NCBI GenBank assembly: GCA_964444515.1
Contig: CAYUGY010000001.1
Coordinates: forward strand, 16,945 to 51,670
Source of the DNA: an uncultured Candidatus Saccharibacteria bacterium
Lineage (GTDB): Bacteria; Patescibacteriota; Minisyncoccia; Phycocordibacterales; UBA9973
Reading direction: 5' to 3'
Length of the DNA: 34,726 bases
In this document: positions 32,037 through 34,726 of the stretch, in pieces
Layout: each line of letters opens with the position of its first letter
Position numbering within the stretch: the first letter of the stretch is position 1
Program-made: the position numbers and the translations under genes
The notes under the pieces: model-generated
What the model was told of the DNA's origin: nothing
The model's input: the letters and a program-made list of their open reading frames with translations, nothing else
Databases searched by the model: none

Positions 32037-32504
32037 TTAGTGTATAGATACTATTGTATACGACACATCACCTTTTGGTGTTGTGAGTACTGCAGTGTCA
32101 CCGACTTTTTTTCCGAACAAAATTGCACCAAGTGGTGAATGGTGAGAAATTTTTCCATTCAAAATATCTGTTTCTTCGGCACCAACAATTGAAAATGTTT
32201 TTTCTTCAATGTTGTCTTTTTTGACAACAACGGTTGCACCAACACAAACAACGTCACGTTTTGCATCTTCATCGACAAGAATACTTGTTTTGAGTACATG
32301 ATTGATGTATTTGATACGATCTTCATTTCGTCCTTGTTGTTCACGAGCGTCATGGTATTCAGCATTTTCTGACAAATCACCAAGGGCTTTGGCACTTTCA
32401 AGAGCAGTCAAAATCTCCCGACGACGAGCGCCTTCGAGGTATTCGAGTTCTTTTTCAAACTCAGCCTTGCGACTCTTAGTAATGTATTCTTTGTCGTAAT
32501 CCAT
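32037..32504 (-). CDS. greA: Transcription elongation factor GreA
   Basis: AKALGDLSENAEYHDAREQQG is the GreA coiled-coil signature. The C-terminal globular domain has SHHSPLGAILFGKKVGD. Confidence 0.93.
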   Translation of the reverse strand: MDYDKEYITKSRKAEFEKELEYLEGARRREILTALESAKALGDLSENAEYHDAREQQGRNEDRIKYINHVLKTSILVDEDAKRDVVCVGATVVVKKDNIEEKTFSIVGAEETDILNGKISHHSPLGAILFGKKVGDTAVLTTPKGDVSYTIVSIH

Positions 32505-32555
32505 AGGGCAATCATAGCGTATTTAGGGGTAAGGTTCAAGCGTACAGCGTAGAGG

Positions 32556-32594
32556 AAACAAGGAACGAAAAGCGAAGCTTTTCGTTCCTTGTTT
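32556..32594. terminator. Long perfect hairpin after mrdA
   Basis: aaacaaggaacgaaaagc gaa gcttttcgttccttgttt is an 18-bp perfect stem. Confidence 0.7.
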
Positions 32595-32617
32595 TTAAAA
32601 CATCTACACCCTTGATC

Positions 32618-34309
32618 CTAGCGAAGGTATTCTGGTGCATGCATATTCATCCATTCGAGCGTATATTTCATCGCATGAGAAGCTGAGGTGTGATCATCTG
32701 CTCGTCCACGCTCCATCAAAATCACAAAAGCATATTTCGGATTTTCGTATGGGAAAAATCCAGTAATCCATGAATTGACCTGACTCTTTGAAATACCAAC
32801 CTGAGCAGTTCCAGATTTTGCAGCCACCGTAACAAATGGCAATTTGACTGCACCTCCAGTACCGTCAGTCACCACCATACGCATTCCTTCACGAACAACC
32901 TTGTAGTTTTTTTCATCCTTGATAGTGATCGATGTTGAGTCTTTTGTTGTAGCCATTTCTTTCAATACGTGCGGATTGACCAACGTCCCACCGTTTGCCA
33001 CAGCAGCGACAGCACGAACCATTTCAATCGGAGTTACCTGAAATCCATATTGCCCGATTGCGGTGTGATACGTATCCCCGACTCGCCATGGATCATTTGG
33101 AAACACTTTTTTCTTCCAATCAATACTCGGAATATTTCCAGCGAGTTCATTTGGTAAATCAATACCAGTTTTTTTATTTAATCCAAATTCTTTGGTGTAC
33201 TTTTCTATATTATTAATTCCTAATCCTTTTTGATCTTTGAATCCCCCACCAATCTGATAAAAATACACGTTTGAAGAAACTGCCAATGCGTGACGCATAT
33301 CAACATATCCATGAGCTTTGTTGTCTTTGAAGATAGTATCGTTGCCGGGTGAATATTTGTTTTCAATAACCAGTTGACCGGTACTCAAAATCGATTTGAA
33401 TGGGTCGATAACATTCTCGTGCAATGCAGCGAGTGCAATGTACGGCTTCACAATCGAACCAGGAGTATAGACACCTGACACAACGCGATTGATAAACACT
33501 CGTCTACTATCTGTTATATAGTGATTTATTTTTTCACGATCTTCTCCGAGCGACAGTATTTCACTGTTGTATTCAGGATAACTTGTCAGAGCAAGAATCT
33601 CACCAGTTTGAATATTCATAATAACACCTCCACCACCACGATATCCTGACGCCTGTGCCAAATCTGCAATCCCTTGCTGTAATCCTTCTTGAACCTTTGC
33701 GTCAACCGTCAGAAGTAAATCTTTTCCTCGTTCAGGATTATTGATCATTTGTTCAGAATGAATATTTCCTTTGACATCTTTTTCAAATAACCGTGCACCG
33801 TTTTTACCTTCCAAAAACTTTCCATAGACTTTTTCAACCCCATCTTTACCAATGAAATTCTGTTGCCAAAAATTTCCTGAATCATCTTCTTGTGGATATG
33901 CAACATAACCGAGCAGATGAGCGAAGCCGGGCGTTTTTATGTACTTACGAATTGCAAACTGATCATCTTCCTTGAGTCGTTCATTCCATGCGAGTTCCAC
34001 CATATTGCGATCATAAATAATTCCACGATCTGCAAAAATAGTTATTGATTGCAGACTATTTTTTTCACTCTTTGCAAAATACTCTTCACCTTTGATTATT
34101 TGCAAACTAAAAAGTTTGATACTAAAAACAACAACAATACAGGCAAAGAAAATAAGTACCGCCATGATTGAAGTATGATTGATTGGTTTTTCGAGACGTC
34201 CTTCGAACTGTTGTGTATTAAATTCAGGCAAGTTTTTTGAATCCAAAAATATTTCATCTGGAGCAATTTCTTGATATGTTCTTTTTTTTGAAAATGAAAA
34301 ACGCATCAT
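32618..34309 (-). CDS. mrdA: Penicillin-binding protein 2 (elongasome transpeptidase)
   Basis: GSIVKP (SxxK), SSNVYFYQ (SxN) and KSGTAQ (KxG) are present. N-terminal TM segment. Follows an MreD-like ORF with an ATGA overlap. Confidence 0.88.
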   Translation of the reverse strand: MMRFSFSKKRTYQEIAPDEIFLDSKNLPEFNTQQFEGRLEKPINHTSIMAVLIFFACIVVVFSIKLFSLQIIKGEEYFAKSEKNSLQSITIFADRGIIYDRNMVELAWNERLKEDDQFAIRKYIKTPGFAHLLGYVAYPQEDDSGNFWQQNFIGKDGVEKVYGKFLEGKNGARLFEKDVKGNIHSEQMINNPERGKDLLLTVDAKVQEGLQQGIADLAQASGYRGGGGVIMNIQTGEILALTSYPEYNSEILSLGEDREKINHYITDSRRVFINRVVSGVYTPGSIVKPYIALAALHENVIDPFKSILSTGQLVIENKYSPGNDTIFKDNKAHGYVDMRHALAVSSNVYFYQIGGGFKDQKGLGINNIEKYTKEFGLNKKTGIDLPNELAGNIPSIDWKKKVFPNDPWRVGDTYHTAIGQYGFQVTPIEMVRAVAAVANGGTLVNPHVLKEMATTKDSTSITIKDEKNYKVVREGMRMVVTDGTGGAVKLPFVTVAAKSGTAQVGISKSQVNSWITGFFPYENPKYAFVILMERGRADDHTSASHAMKYTLEWMNMHAPEYLR

Positions 34310-34566
34310 AGAATTTTTGGAATACGAATTTGAGATCTAAAGAACAAGAAGAAGAGAAATAAACCTATTCCGACTATTGAGTATTTCATTGAAATTACCG
34401 TGTTGGCATTGGTAAGTATGTCTGCCGAAAAACCGATAAGTAATCCGATATACCACTGCTCTTCCTGTAAAATAAAACCAGCTATATAAAGTAGACCAAA
34501 AATCCACCAAGGACCAGTGAAGAGCGTTATTATAAGAAGTATATAGAATATAACTTTTCTGAACAT
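34306..34566 (-). CDS. mreD: MreD-like small polytopic membrane protein
   Basis: Three to four TM helices, directly upstream of and overlapping mrdA (the TGA stop overlaps the ATG). The assignment rests on position and topology only. ATG 34566 is preferred to TTG 34596. Confidence 0.4.
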   Translation of the reverse strand: MFRKVIFYILLIITLFTGPWWIFGLLYIAGFILQEEQWYIGLLIGFSADILTNANTVISMKYSIVGIGLFLFFLFFRSQIRIPKIL

Positions 34567-34639
34567 TATGGAGAGATTATAACATGAATACACCAACTGG
34601 TTATGAGCAGGTGTCGGTTATTGCTATTAAACAGAAAAG

Positions 34640-34726
34640 CGGGGGGGCCGGCGGGGGGGGCGCGGTTGGTTTTGGGGTGTTATTTTGTGTTTGGGGTGTA
34701 AAAAAATTATAAAAAAAAAATGAAAA
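34640..34726. other. Poly-G / low-complexity tail, probable read or assembly artefact at contig end
   Basis: gggggggccggcggggggggcgcggttggttttggggtgttattttgtgtttggggtgtaaaaaaattataaaaaaaaaatgaaaa. Its composition is unlike anything else in the window and it lies at the extreme 3' edge. Confidence 0.7.

Overview
AT-rich (high-30s % GC by eye, not computed), gene-dense window. It looks like a complete short metagenomic contig, because a 55-bp duplicated start and a poly-G low-complexity tail both look like assembly or read artefacts. Gene content fits a small-genome bacterium, plausibly Patescibacteria/CPR-like. That placement is an inference from the split transketolase, a divergent Rpe, many tiny membrane ORFs and mostly TAA stops. 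The standard code 11 fits all genes. About 45 genes are present, mostly on the minus strand.

Main gene groups:
- Ribosomal proteins L27, L9, L31, L25, plus RF1, RsmI, tRNA-Ile(GAU) and tRNA-Glu(CUC).
- An S41 C-terminal protease and a coiled-coil lytic transglycosylase.
- A long central-carbon operon: gap, rpiB, rpe-like, split tkt. Class II FBA and a PfkB kinase lie elsewhere.
- A dcw head (mraZ-rsmH-ftsL-ftsI), mreD-like plus mrdA, greA, a frameshifted lysS and rmuC.
- An AI-2E transporter, a TMEM175-like channel and an RCK K+ channel.

No transposase, integrase, CRISPR array or recognisable defence genes were seen.

Most interesting unexplained signals:
1. A promoter plus ~80-nt structured 5' leader occurs twice in inverted orientation in front of two unrelated envelope genes that bracket an FAD-linked oxidase. 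A compensatory base-pair change supports the helix, making it a candidate unclassified cis-regulatory RNA.
2. A ~300-nt structured non-coding region lies upstream of the gap/pentose-phosphate operon, with a terminator-like hairpin and a duplicated ACCACCC(CC)GAGACAA box.
3. Two att-like 3'-end duplications (gap 3' end and tRNA-Glu 3' end) flank tiny inserts.
4. Small repeat families are present: a ~60-nt hairpin element at two loci, and GC-rich palindromes abutting TTGAC boxes.
5. Small or AT-rich orphan ORFs are wedged into the carbon-metabolism operon.
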